Part shown: positions 38,743 to 48,457 of the stretch, piece by piece
Layout: every line of letters starts with the position of its first letter
Numbering within the stretch: position 1 is the first letter of the stretch
Assembly: GCA_963706575.1 (NCBI GenBank)
Contig: CAVPNL010000015.1
Coordinates: forward strand, 1-64,000
DNA from: an uncultured delta proteobacterium
GTDB lineage: Bacteria; Desulfobacterota; Desulfobacteria; Desulfobacterales; JAHEIW01
DNA: 64,000 bases
Direction: 5' to 3'
Position numbers and translations under genes: made by a program
Notes under the pieces: generated by a model
Database searches by the model: none
Told to the model about the DNA's origin: nothing
The model's input: the letters and a program-made list of their open reading frames with translations, nothing else

Positions 38743-39537
38743 TCATTTTTGTGAGCGCGATTTCTTTTTCATTTCCGTCAGTTTTTGGGTTACAAACCTT
38801 TCTTGATTCCCCGCTTTGATACAGGCCAGCAAATGCTCGGCCTCGAGCGCCAGAATCTGCTCAAAACTGGAGTGGAGTCCTTCATCCAGCGCCATGCGGG
38901 AAAGCTTAAGGGATAAGGGTGAGTTGCGGCCAATGCGTTCACACATATTCAGAGCCGCATCCAGAAGTTGGGTGTCAGCGACAACCTGGTTGACCAGTCC
39001 AATCTGCAGCGCCTGTTGCGCATCGATAATCTCACCCGTAAACACCAATTCCTTTGCTTTTCCCAATCCCACCAGTTGTGAAATTAGCTTGGTGCCTGCG
39101 CTGGTAATGGTCAATCCCACACCGGTTTCAGGAAAGCCAAATTTGGCATCCTGGGCGGCGATTCGAATGTCACAGCTCAAGGCAAACTCCAGCCCGCCGC
39201 CGACTGCATATCCCTTTATGGCCGCAATCAGCGGCTTGCCCAATTTCAGGATGATCCGCTGGGTTTCCTGTAAGGCATCGATCTCTTTTTCCCACTGGGA
39301 GAGGCTTTTGCCTGTCTGTGTCTCTTTGAGGTCTTCGCCGGCGCAAAAGGATTTGCCGGCTCCGGTCAGGATAACCGCGACAACGTCTTCATCCTCGCGG
39401 ACAACATTCAGCTGGCTGATCAAATCATTTAACAAACCCGGGTTGATGGCGTTCAGCCGCTCAGGCCGGTTTAGTGTAATGATCCCAACGTTCTTTTCTC
39501 GGCGGTATCGTACGGCTTCTTTTTTCACAGATAGCAC
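38743..39537 (-). CDS. Enoyl-CoA hydratase/isomerase family protein
   Basis: ITLNRPERLNAI, FCAGEDLK, AVGGGLEFALSCDIR, FGFPETGVG. Confidence 0.92.
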   Translation of the reverse strand: MLSVKKEAVRYRREKNVGIITLNRPERLNAINPGLLNDLISQLNVVREDEDVVAVILTGAGKSFCAGEDLKETQTGKSLSQWEKEIDALQETQRIILKLGKPLIAAIKGYAVGGGLEFALSCDIRIAAQDAKFGFPETGVGLTITSAGTKLISQLVGLGKAKELVFTGEIIDAQQALQIGLVNQVVADTQLLDAALNMCERIGRNSPLSLKLSRMALDEGLHSSFEQILALEAEHLLACIKAGNQERFVTQKLTEMKKKSRSQK

Positions 39538-39644
39538 TCCTTTGGATTAAAATTTAGCGCCCATCTTTTATGCCAAAATGAGCCGAAATGGCAAATGATA
39601 CTATCTCAGACAGGTACGGGCTGTCCTCTTATGCAATGGTCATC

Positions 39645-40634
39645 TCACGCATTCCAAACGTCTTTGAAAAGGCGAATCATATTTTCACCTATAATCTTCC
39701 TGGTTTCTGATTCGGTGTAACCCCTTGTCAACAGCGCATCGGTCAGGTTGGGAAAGTCAGCTGAATTCTGAATGCCCTGCGGGTTTTGGATGGGAAAGTC
39801 CAACGCCATGGCCGGACCCCTTTTTGATTTGCCGGACAGGAGCCAGTCAAAGAATTCCCTACTTTGGCCTTCGGTAAAGTCGGTTCCGATGGCAACGTGG
39901 TCGATACCCACCATTTCAACCAGGTATTCAATGACATCGATGAAATCCTCAATTGTGGAATCTTTTCCTGCCGGAAGAAACGGGGGGAATACCGTTGCCC
40001 CGATGACGCCGCCTTTTTTAGCAAGGGCTTTTATGGCATCATCCGGTTTATTGCGCGCGTGGCTGCACAGGCTATGGGGATTGGCATGCGTAAAGGCGAC
40101 GGGTTTGGCGGAAGCTTCGATGGCATCCATGGTGGTTCGATACCCCACATGGGACAGATCGATAAGAATTCCCAGGCGATTCATCTCATCAATCACTTCC
40201 AGCCCGAACTGCGTTAACCCGGCGTCGATTCTTTCGAGGCATCCCTGGCCGACGAGATTGGCCTCCATGTAAGTTAATTGGATCACCCTGACACCCAAGG
40301 CATGAAAAATGGTTAGCAGACCGATGTCTTCTTCAATTGCGGTTGTATTTTGAAATCCGAAGATGATACCTGTTTTACCGGTTTTTTTGGCCGTCTGGAT
40401 ATCGGCGGTGCTGCGCACCGGCATAATGAGATCGGAATATTCATTAAATAATTGATCCCATTCGATGATATTGCCAATGGTCCGGCGGAAGTTTTCTAAA
40501 ACCGATACCGTGCAGTTAACGGCGGTCAGCCCTCCATGACGCATGTTTCGAAAAACTGTTTCACCCCAGTTGCTGATTTGCAGCCCATCGACAATAATGG
40601 CCCCATCGTGAACCGCTCGACTCCTGTCCTGCAT
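39645..40634 (-). CDS. Membrane-dipeptidase (peptidase M19) family amidohydrolase
   Basis: IIVDGL, GFQN, GVRVIQLTY, IDLSHVG, THANP, RNKPD, IGTDF. Confidence 0.88.
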   Translation of the reverse strand: MQDRSRAVHDGAIIVDGLQISNWGETVFRNMRHGGLTAVNCTVSVLENFRRTIGNIIEWDQLFNEYSDLIMPVRSTADIQTAKKTGKTGIIFGFQNTTAIEEDIGLLTIFHALGVRVIQLTYMEANLVGQGCLERIDAGLTQFGLEVIDEMNRLGILIDLSHVGYRTTMDAIEASAKPVAFTHANPHSLCSHARNKPDDAIKALAKKGGVIGATVFPPFLPAGKDSTIEDFIDVIEYLVEMVGIDHVAIGTDFTEGQSREFFDWLLSGKSKRGPAMALDFPIQNPQGIQNSADFPNLTDALLTRGYTESETRKIIGENMIRLFKDVWNA

Positions 40635-40805
40635 GGCAATTAACTCCTTTCCCTTGACACATACGCATCGATGGCTCTAATACCTGTTGATAGTAATTTT
40701 TAAAATATGATCAACAGTTATGCAACGCTTTTTAGAACCCATCTCAAAAATGTATCTAACGTCCGATGTTAAAGTTCTAAACCAATAAAGAGTGCTTATA
40801 ACAAC

Positions 40806-40912
40806 AAATGAGCTAAAATTAAAAATGATCTAAAATGCCTAAAATTAAAGATGGAGCGCAGCGACACCTTAACTTTAGGCATTTTAGCTCATTTTAGGCA
40901 TTTTAGGCACTT
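40806..40912. repeat. Inverted array of ~9-bp units (same family as 8359-8487)
   Basis: AAATGAGCTAAAATT...ATGCCTAAAATT and ACTTTAGGCATTTTAGCTCATTTTAGGCATTTTAGGCAC. Confidence 0.75.
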
Positions 40913-40938
40913 CTAACTATGGAAGGAGAATCCTTTAA

Positions 40939-41538
40939 ATGAGAGATATCCGAATCGCCGGCATCGTTGGCAGCCCGCGGCTGAAGAAAAACACGGATGC
41001 CCTCGTTCAGCAGGCACTGGACGGCTGCAGAAGCAAAGGGGCTTTGGTTGAAACGATATATCTCAATAAATTAGAGATCAAACCCTGCCAGGCCCACAAA
41101 ATCCAGGATGGAAAGGGCTGTATCATGCGGGATGGAATGGATGCCGTCTATGAGATATTCGAGGCGGCCGATGGTTTGGTCCTGGGGACACCTGTTTTTT
41201 ACAATTCGGTGTCGAGCCAGATGAAATTGATGATCGATCGATCCTATTGTCTGGCCAAAGCGGTGCCCCTGGGACCGGGCAAACGAAAATATGTGACCAC
41301 GGTTGAAAAACGCAAAAAAGGGATCGTCATCTCTGTTGGCGGAAGCGGAACCAATCCGGACTGCGTTCTCCCGATATTTGATATCTGGTCAAATGAAGTC
41401 AACCTCGAAATTATCGATACCCTGTGTGTCAGTGAAGGTCAGCTCGGCAAACTGCCCATGGAAAGCGAGAAAACCTTAGAAGCGGCATTTAAAAAAGGTC
41501 GAAACCTGGCACGGTGTTTGATGGAGAATTTCTATTGA
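40939..41538 (+). CDS. Flavodoxin-fold / iron-sulfur-flavoprotein-like FMN protein
   Basis: GSPR..NT, IKPC...C..RDGM, GTPVFY, MKLMIDR. Confidence 0.85.
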   Translation: MRDIRIAGIVGSPRLKKNTDALVQQALDGCRSKGALVETIYLNKLEIKPCQAHKIQDGKGCIMRDGMDAVYEIFEAADGLVLGTPVFYNSVSSQMKLMIDRSYCLAKAVPLGPGKRKYVTTVEKRKKGIVISVGGSGTNPDCVLPIFDIWSNEVNLEIIDTLCVSEGQLGKLPMESEKTLEAAFKKGRNLARCLMENFY

Positions 41539-41650
41539 TTTGCAGATCTATTTTTTTTAGGTTAAATGTATCAGCGGGCCACAACATAAAGGACCAAAGG
41601 GCATCTGCTTGGATACCAAAATGGAATGAAATTCAGAAAGGAATCATACG

Positions 41651-43132
41651 ATGACAAGAAAATTTAAAGCCGGCTTTCATAACATCTCAGGTTTTGGGTT
41701 AAACTCGCTTTCGGACAGCGAAGTGGATTTCATTCACCAGGCAACACTGCAGGTATTTCAACATACCGGCCTCAAGGTCTATAGCGAGGAGGCCATGGAA
41801 ATTTTTCATGGTGCCGGCGCCTTTGTGGAGCATTTCAAGGATCACGGCGTTGTTAAAATTCCACCGTATATTGTCGAAGACTGTATCCGGCAGGCGCCCC
41901 GCACATTCGGGTGCTACGGCAGAGAGCGCGAGGACGACTTTATCCTCGAACCGTCACTGGTCAGTTTAAGTTGCGCGGGGGGATGTGTAAACGTTATCGA
42001 TCCTTATACGCTGGAACACCGGCCGGCCATGAAAAAAGACTGTGGCAACATCGCCCGGATTTGTGATTCTCTGGATGAAATCGGTGTTTTACTGCGACCC
42101 TGCATTCCCAATGATGTGCCCGCCGATATATATCCGGTTCATGCCCTGGAAGCGATCCTGACGAACACCTCGAAACACGTCTTGATCGGGCCGGATAATG
42201 CTAAAAATCTGAATAAAATGATGCAGCTCGGAGCGGCCTGTGTCGGCGGCATGGAAGAATTCAAAAAGCGGCCCATTTTTAGTGCCTCCATCTGCCCCAC
42301 CAGTCCGCTGGTGCTGGCGCAAAATGTTTGTGAAATGATTGTGGAAGGCGCCCGACAGGGGGTTGGGCTCTTTATCGTCCCGATGGCCCTGGCCGGTGCG
42401 ATATCTCCGGCAACCATTGCGGGGACACTGGTATCGACCAACGCGGAGATACTGGGCAGTATCATTCTGGCCCAGTTGACGGCCAGGGGAACATCGTGCA
42501 TCTACGCCAATCTGAGCACGATTATGGACATGAAAACAGGGGTCGCTGCCGTGGGTGCGCCCGAAGTGGCACGGGTGGCGGCCGGCACAACCCGATTGGC
42601 CAAATATTATGGCCTTCCCTGCCTGGCAGGCGCAGCCATGTCCGATAGCAAGATCCCGGATGCCCAGGCAGCCTATGAATCCGCCCTTAGCATCATGTTA
42701 ACCGCTTTGGCCGGCGCGAATCTTGTCTTCGGTATGGGCGGGCTTGACCATTTGTTGACGTTTGACTGCGCCAAACTGATCATGGATGCCGAATTGGAAA
42801 GAATGGTAATGAACGTGATCGGCGGTATTGAAGTTTCAGATGATTCGGTGGCGCTGGATGTCATTCACCAGGTCGGACCGGCGGGAGAATACCTGACCCA
42901 ACAGCACACCTATGATCACATGCGCGATTTCTCTCAAAACAAATTATATGACCGGCACACACGTGATGGTTGGGTCGAGCAGGGTGCTAAAGACCTGACG
43001 CAACGCGCATACGAAAAAGCCCGGTATATTATTGAAAACCATCAACCCAAACCCCTGCCGGAAGGGGCCGCCGCAGCCATGCAAACAATCGCAGCGGAAT
43101 ATGAAACCGAGCTCGGTATCAAGCAGGCGTAA
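41651..43132 (+). CDS. MttB-superfamily methyltransferase resembling the Pyl clade, with Met at the Pyl site
   Basis: IHQATLQV, NTSKH, ICPTSPL, SPATIAGTLVSTNAE, VGAPE, LPCLAGAAMSDSKIPDAQA. Confidence 0.9.
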   Translation: MTRKFKAGFHNISGFGLNSLSDSEVDFIHQATLQVFQHTGLKVYSEEAMEIFHGAGAFVEHFKDHGVVKIPPYIVEDCIRQAPRTFGCYGREREDDFILEPSLVSLSCAGGCVNVIDPYTLEHRPAMKKDCGNIARICDSLDEIGVLLRPCIPNDVPADIYPVHALEAILTNTSKHVLIGPDNAKNLNKMMQLGAACVGGMEEFKKRPIFSASICPTSPLVLAQNVCEMIVEGARQGVGLFIVPMALAGAISPATIAGTLVSTNAEILGSIILAQLTARGTSCIYANLSTIMDMKTGVAAVGAPEVARVAAGTTRLAKYYGLPCLAGAAMSDSKIPDAQAAYESALSIMLTALAGANLVFGMGGLDHLLTFDCAKLIMDAELERMVMNVIGGIEVSDDSVALDVIHQVGPAGEYLTQQHTYDHMRDFSQNKLYDRHTRDGWVEQGAKDLTQRAYEKARYIIENHQPKPLPEGAAAAMQTIAAEYETELGIKQA

Positions 43133-43139
43133 TGTCCGG

Positions 43140-43871
43140 TCAGATTGCGTCGGCGAAATGCTTCTTTACGACGGCGGTGTAAACGTAATCGATCATCGTT
43201 AAAAAATCGTAAACCGGCAGCCCGGTCGCCTGTTGAACGGCCTCGCTGTAAGGCGGCATCATGCTGCATTCCAGCAGAAGAGATCTGATTTCCGGATGAT
43301 CAGATGTGATTTCCTTTGCTGCCTGTACGACTTCGGCCCGGATACCGTCACTGTCAAGGGTTCCAATCTCATCAACGACCGCATCCTTGAAATGCTTTTC
43401 ATGCTGTAATCCGCGAATCACGAGTCCGGCGATATCATTCAGACCGATTTTATTGAAAACTTCCGGGGTCAGGGAATCTGAATTGGCCGTTAGCACGCCG
43501 ATCTTGGCGTCGACCGGCAGGGTCGACTGGATAAAGGGAATCTGTAACAGGCTGGACAGAAAGACCGGGATGTTCACGGCCCCTTTAACCTCTTCGTTAA
43601 AAATCGCCATAAAGCCGCAGTCACCCGTAATGGCCTTTACACCTTCGCGTTCCAGCTCCTGCGCGCCGGCGATCATGCCCTCTATGAAGCTGTAATCGTG
43701 GGCGAAAATGCGATCGGTTAAAAGTCCTTCCACTGTTTTAAACCGCACAGGATAATCGTAGCTTTTGGCGTTCCCGACATCGCCCAAGATAAACGGGGTT
43801 TCGGTGTCAAGCAAGAGGATTCCGATCGCTTCGCCGTAACTCGTTTGGCCTTTATTTGCCGTAAAAATCAT
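43140..43871 (-). CDS. Asp/Glu racemase superfamily protein
   Basis: IGILLLD..GDVGNA..PV, two catalytic-type Cys in GDCGF and LECSMM. Confidence 0.82.
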   Translation of the reverse strand: MIFTANKGQTSYGEAIGILLLDTETPFILGDVGNAKSYDYPVRFKTVEGLLTDRIFAHDYSFIEGMIAGAQELEREGVKAITGDCGFMAIFNEEVKGAVNIPVFLSSLLQIPFIQSTLPVDAKIGVLTANSDSLTPEVFNKIGLNDIAGLVIRGLQHEKHFKDAVVDEIGTLDSDGIRAEVVQAAKEITSDHPEIRSLLLECSMMPPYSEAVQQATGLPVYDFLTMIDYVYTAVVKKHFADAI

Positions 43872-43899
43872 TTCATTTGCCCCTTTCTAATGGTTGAAC

Positions 43900-44065
43900 C
43901 TAGTGTTGTGTCCCACAAATATTGTCTAAAATATTATTAAGTTCTGCGGCGTGGTATCCATCCGTCATTCCCGCGCAGGCGGGAATCCAGGCATCTTTGA
44001 ACTGGACTCCCGCCTGCGCGGGAGTGACAATCATTTTGTAACTTATTTGTATGACACAACACTAG
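43900..44065. mobile_element. Complete MITE-like element with 22-bp terminal inverted repeats and a double-hairpin core
   Basis: CTAGTGTTGTGTCCCACAAATA ... TATTTGTATGACACAACACTAG (20/22 match); core GTCATTCCCGCGCAGGCGGGAATCCAG...CTGGACTCCCGCCTGCGCGGGAGTGAC. Confidence 0.78.
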
Positions 44066-44114
44066 GTCTTTTCTAATTTTTACACCTGAATTTTGCATGA
44101 GTCGGAGGCTGCCA

Positions 44115-45299
44115 TCAAATCACAACGAGCTCCGTTGTCGCAGTCGATAAAACTTCAGGGCCATCTTCGGTCACCAGAACATTTGATTCGATGTTAAAAT
44201 GCCCGTAGTCCGTGACCACGGTCGGCTCCATCGTCACCACCATACCGGCCTTCAGCTCGGTATGATCGAAAAGCGCAATGTGGGGCGGCTCTGTTGTGGC
44301 CATCCCGATTCCATGGCCAACTCGCCAGGCCCTGTTCGATTGAGCCGATGAGCAGTCGCCCTCACCCCAGATTTCCTTCAATCCGGCTTTATCAAATTCG
44401 CGGTTGCATAATTGCGAGAGGTCTGAAGCCTTTATGCCGGGCCGGATGGCCGCCACCGCGGTATTGCTGACTCCATTCACGATTTCATACATGTTCTTTT
44501 GCTCGGGCGAAGGTTCACCGATGGCAGCTACCCTCGAAAAATCGGATGAATAACCATTGACCTTGCAACCGGTGTCAATCCAGAGCAGATTGCCCTCTTC
44601 CAGAACATGTTCGCTGGGGTTCGGTAAAAATCCACTCTCATAATTATAAGGCCCCGAATTGCTCAGGGTCCAAACGGCTGTCCCGCCCAACTCGACGGCG
44701 GTGTCATATAAAATCTTGGCTGCATCTTTTTCCGTCATCCCCGGCTTGGTGTTATTAAAACAGGTTTCGAAGGCCTGGCTGCTGATCGAACAGGCTTTGC
44801 GCATGTATTCCACTTCCGCATCAGATTTTACCATTCGCATGCCCCAGAAAAGATCGGAGGCATCAATGAAATCGGCCCCGGGGAGCTCCTTTGTCATTCC
44901 GACAAAATCATTGTACGGCAGCCCCAGGCGTTGTTCGGTCCCCAGCTCAGCGCCGATCCGCCCGGTATTCAAGCCCAACTCCCCCCATATCGCTTTTAAC
45001 ATATCAAACGGTAAGGCCCCAAAGGGGGAATAGGTTCGAATATCATCCACCCAGGACTCGCGCTGCTGGGAGTGTTCGAAGAAATCATGAACGATCAGCA
45101 CCGGGTTTCCCTTTTGCGGCAGTATCATAATCGTTGGTCTGGAAAATGAAAAGTCCCCATGGCCACCACTGAAATAAGTATAATTGGCGGTTTCCGTGAT
45201 GAACAGGGCATCCAACCCTTCAGCCCGCATTCTCTCCCGAGCTCTTTCCCACCGGCTTTCATACTCTGATTTGGGAAAACGCTTGTATTCTGAACTCAT
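44115..45299 (-). CDS. M24 family (Xaa-Pro peptidase / creatinase-N domain) metallohydrolase
   Basis: RMVKSDAE and metal-ligand motifs WIDTG, SSDFSR, GHGIG, MEP, IES. Confidence 0.88.
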   Translation of the reverse strand: MSSEYKRFPKSEYESRWERARERMRAEGLDALFITETANYTYFSGGHGDFSFSRPTIMILPQKGNPVLIVHDFFEHSQQRESWVDDIRTYSPFGALPFDMLKAIWGELGLNTGRIGAELGTEQRLGLPYNDFVGMTKELPGADFIDASDLFWGMRMVKSDAEVEYMRKACSISSQAFETCFNNTKPGMTEKDAAKILYDTAVELGGTAVWTLSNSGPYNYESGFLPNPSEHVLEEGNLLWIDTGCKVNGYSSDFSRVAAIGEPSPEQKNMYEIVNGVSNTAVAAIRPGIKASDLSQLCNREFDKAGLKEIWGEGDCSSAQSNRAWRVGHGIGMATTEPPHIALFDHTELKAGMVVTMEPTVVTDYGHFNIESNVLVTEDGPEVLSTATTELVVI

Positions 45300-45613
45300 T
45301 GGCAACGCCTCCTTTGATGGACACTGAACGCAATCATCGCGTTCAGTGAAAAAAATGATTAGGGTTTCATATTAGAATGGATACATGCAACAATTTACAA
45401 AGCATTGAAAGAAGAATTTGTAAATAAAAAAATGGATAAGGGGTAAGGCATCCGTAATGGGAAAGAGCAAAAAATCTTGGTGCTGTTGTATTTTCGATTT
45501 TCAAATCGCGCATCAGCCAAATGCCATCGCGGTTCAGCAGGCAGATCTGAAGGATTTCCGGTTGAAATACGTATGAAAGTCATTTATTATAAAGGTTTTA
45601 TAAGGAGAAACCG

Positions 45614-48454
45614 TTGAAAAAGAAAAGCCCATACGTGATCGCCTGTGCGGTGCTGGCGCTCGATATCAAATACACTGCCGAGGAACTCGGAACCGACGTC
45701 GGTACCAAATTCCTGGAAGGCGGACTTCACAATCGCCCCAACCTGCTTCGCGAAAAACTGCAGGCCGCTATCGACGAAATTTCGGCCTCCGGCCGCTGTG
45801 ACCGCATCATCATCGGATACGGCATATGCGGTCGCGGAACCGTTGGAATCCAGAGCCGGGATATTCCGCTGGCAGTGCCGAAGGTCCATGACTGCATCGC
45901 TCTTTTTCTGGGAGGCGATGCGGCCTATCGGCGTGAATTTAAAAAATACCCGGGCACATATTACATATCGGGGGGCTGGTATGAAGAAAAGACCGAACCG
46001 CTTTCCCAGCAAAAACAATCGGCTTATTATGGAAGCGAAAAGCTGAATTATAAGGAGCTGGCTGAAAAATATGGTGAGCGCGAGGCCAAAGAGACGATTC
46101 AATTTCTGAGCACCTGGCAAAAAAATTATCAGAGAGCCGCCTTCATCGAAACCGGGGCAAAGCTTTCACCCAAGTATGAAAAGTACGCCCGGGAAATGGC
46201 AAAAGAATACGGCTGGAAATACGAAAAACTGGTTGGCGACCAGTCGTTGATCAAAGCGCTTCTGACCGCCCGCAAAACGACCGACGAAATCCTGGTCGTT
46301 CCACCGAAGCACGTGATTGAGTTCGACGCTATGCACTCGAGCCTTGCGGCCAATCCGATCTGGGCCCCAGAGATCGGCCGGCGGGCGGAAGCTGAAGTTA
46401 CCGTAACGGAAAAAGGCCGCGCTGATGAACCAGAGACCGCCTATCTGAAAATCGGACTGGGGATCGACGCCGGCGGGACCTACACCGACACGGTAATCTA
46501 TGACTTTGACCGGGATCGGACGATTAGCAAGAGCAAAGCCCTGACCACGAAGTGGGATTTCACCGTAGGCATTAACAACGCCCTGGCTGAGCTGGATCAG
46601 GAAAAACTTCGGGAGGTGGAGATGGTGTCCCTGTCTACCACCCTGGCAACCAACGCCATTGTTGAAGGCGAAGGCCAGAAAGTCGGTATGATTATCATGC
46701 CGGCCTATGGCCGCTTCGAACCGGAAGATATTCCATACGAGCCAAAGGCCATCATTTCGGGGCAGCTTGAAATCACGGGTAAAGAAATCCTACCGGTGGA
46801 TGAAAAAGAGGTAAAAGACATTGTCCGACGAATGGTTGCAAAGGACAAGGTCAAAGCCTTTGCCGTCTCCGGCTACGCCGGCGCGATTAACCCTGACCAT
46901 GAACTGCAGGTCAAACAGATCATTCGGCAGGAGACTGGGCTGTTCGTCACCTGCGGCCATGAGCTGTCGCAAATCCTGAATTTCAAAACACGGGCGCACA
47001 CGGCTATGTTGAACGCCCGCATCATCCCGAAACTGACCAAATTGTTGCTGGATTTGGAGAAAGTGCTCGCACAGCGAAATATCCAGGCTCCTATCGTCGT
47101 CGTCAAAGGTGATGGAACCCTGATGAGTGCCGCCATGGCCAAAGAACGGCCGGTAGAGACGATTTTGTCAGGACCGGCGGCGAGTGTGGCCGGCGCACGT
47201 CATTTGACGGGATTGAGGGACGCATTGGTCGTAGACATGGGCGGCACCACAACAGACACAGCGGCACTGGTGGACGGCACGGTAAGTATCTGCGAGACCG
47301 GATCCAATCTCAGCGGGCACAAGACCCACGTGAAAGCGCTGGAAATCCGTACCGTGGGCCTGGGCGGTGACAGCCTGATCCAATACGACCGGGGAGAGTT
47401 TCGTCTCGGACCCCGTCGGGTGGCACCCATCGCCTGGCTGGGCGCCATGTACAGCGGAACGGACAAGGCACTGGATTTTCTCAAGATGCACCTGGATCGC
47501 TATGCCTTGTCCACCCAGGACATGCAAATTCTGGCGCTGACCGGCTCTGCGGATGACTTGGACTTAACGCCTTTAGAGGAAAAAATTGTCGCGCTTTTGA
47601 AATCAAGGCCCTATTCCATTGACGAGCTGCTCAAACGAACCGAGTCCCTGTTAGAAATGAGTTTGAATCTTGAACGCCTGGAAAAGAGTTTCATCATTCA
47701 GCGCTGCGGCCTGACACTCACGGATCTTCTGCATGTGACGGACCGCTTTGAACGCTGGGACAAAGATGCAGCCGAACGCTTCTGTCAGATGTTCTGCCAG
47801 CTGGCAAAAATGGACATCCCGCAAATGGCAGCACACCTGTTGAACATGGGAGACGCCCGCCTGACGTTGGAATTGTTAAAACGGCAACTGGATGACGAGG
47901 TCGACCCCGATGCCCTGCACACCTGCCCTGTTTGCCAGACCCTGGTTAACAATTTGCTCTCAGACGGAAACCATCCGTATGACGTCCGAATTGATTTGAA
48001 GCGGCCGGTGGTCGGCATTGGCGCACCGATCCACTTTTTTCTGCCCCGTGCCGCCAAAGCCCTGGGCACCGAAGCGGTGTTACCTGAAAATGCGGATGTC
48101 GCCAACGCCATCGGCGCGATCACCAGCAATGTGGTGGTCAAGCGCCAGCTGCGAATCATTCCGGACGAAGAAGGCGGTTTTCTCATCGAGGGATTGGCCG
48201 GTGTGCGGCACTTTAAAAAATTTGATGATGCCGATGCCTTTGCACGGGACGAATTGGTGCAGCGAGTGAGAGATTTGGCCCGAATCGCCGGTACCAGCGC
48301 CAAGGCGATAAAGCTCAAGATCGAAGACAAGATTCCCAAAACCGCAGACGGCAAGGAAATCTTCCTGGGCCGCACCATTCACGCGAATCTGACCGGCCGC
48401 CCGGATATTGTCGTCAAACAAAACCTTCACGGCAAAGCTGCACCCGCCAACTAG
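45614..48454 (+). CDS. DUF1638 domain fused to a hydantoinase/oxoprolinase A (ASKHA ATPase) domain
   Basis: N-terminal IAC, GLHNRP, GYGICG, PKVHDCIALFLG; C-terminal GIDAGGTYTD, STTLATNAIVEG, SGPAAS, DMGGTTTD, GLGGDS, VANAIGA. TTG start after AGGAG. Confidence 0.83.
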   Translation: MKKKSPYVIACAVLALDIKYTAEELGTDVGTKFLEGGLHNRPNLLREKLQAAIDEISASGRCDRIIIGYGICGRGTVGIQSRDIPLAVPKVHDCIALFLGGDAAYRREFKKYPGTYYISGGWYEEKTEPLSQQKQSAYYGSEKLNYKELAEKYGEREAKETIQFLSTWQKNYQRAAFIETGAKLSPKYEKYAREMAKEYGWKYEKLVGDQSLIKALLTARKTTDEILVVPPKHVIEFDAMHSSLAANPIWAPEIGRRAEAEVTVTEKGRADEPETAYLKIGLGIDAGGTYTDTVIYDFDRDRTISKSKALTTKWDFTVGINNALAELDQEKLREVEMVSLSTTLATNAIVEGEGQKVGMIIMPAYGRFEPEDIPYEPKAIISGQLEITGKEILPVDEKEVKDIVRRMVAKDKVKAFAVSGYAGAINPDHELQVKQIIRQETGLFVTCGHELSQILNFKTRAHTAMLNARIIPKLTKLLLDLEKVLAQRNIQAPIVVVKGDGTLMSAAMAKERPVETILSGPAASVAGARHLTGLRDALVVDMGGTTTDTAALVDGTVSICETGSNLSGHKTHVKALEIRTVGLGGDSLIQYDRGEFRLGPRRVAPIAWLGAMYSGTDKALDFLKMHLDRYALSTQDMQILALTGSADDLDLTPLEEKIVALLKSRPYSIDELLKRTESLLEMSLNLERLEKSFIIQRCGLTLTDLLHVTDRFERWDKDAAERFCQMFCQLAKMDIPQMAAHLLNMGDARLTLELLKRQLDDEVDPDALHTCPVCQTLVNNLLSDGNHPYDVRIDLKRPVVGIGAPIHFFLPRAAKALGTEAVLPENADVANAIGAITSNVVVKRQLRIIPDEEGGFLIEGLAGVRHFKKFDDADAFARDELVQRVRDLARIAGTSAKAIKLKIEDKIPKTADGKEIFLGRTIHANLTGRPDIVVKQNLHGKAAPAN

Positions 48455-48457
48455 AAG

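Noticed and set aside
44115..45299. Creatinase call, tempting given the sarcosine genes
   Set aside because: All five M24 metal-ligand motifs are present, whereas creatinase lacks the metal site.
45400..45600. Cobalamin riboswitch before the DUF1638 fusion
   Set aside because: A GGGAA is present, but I could not find the GCCACTG / B12-box elements.
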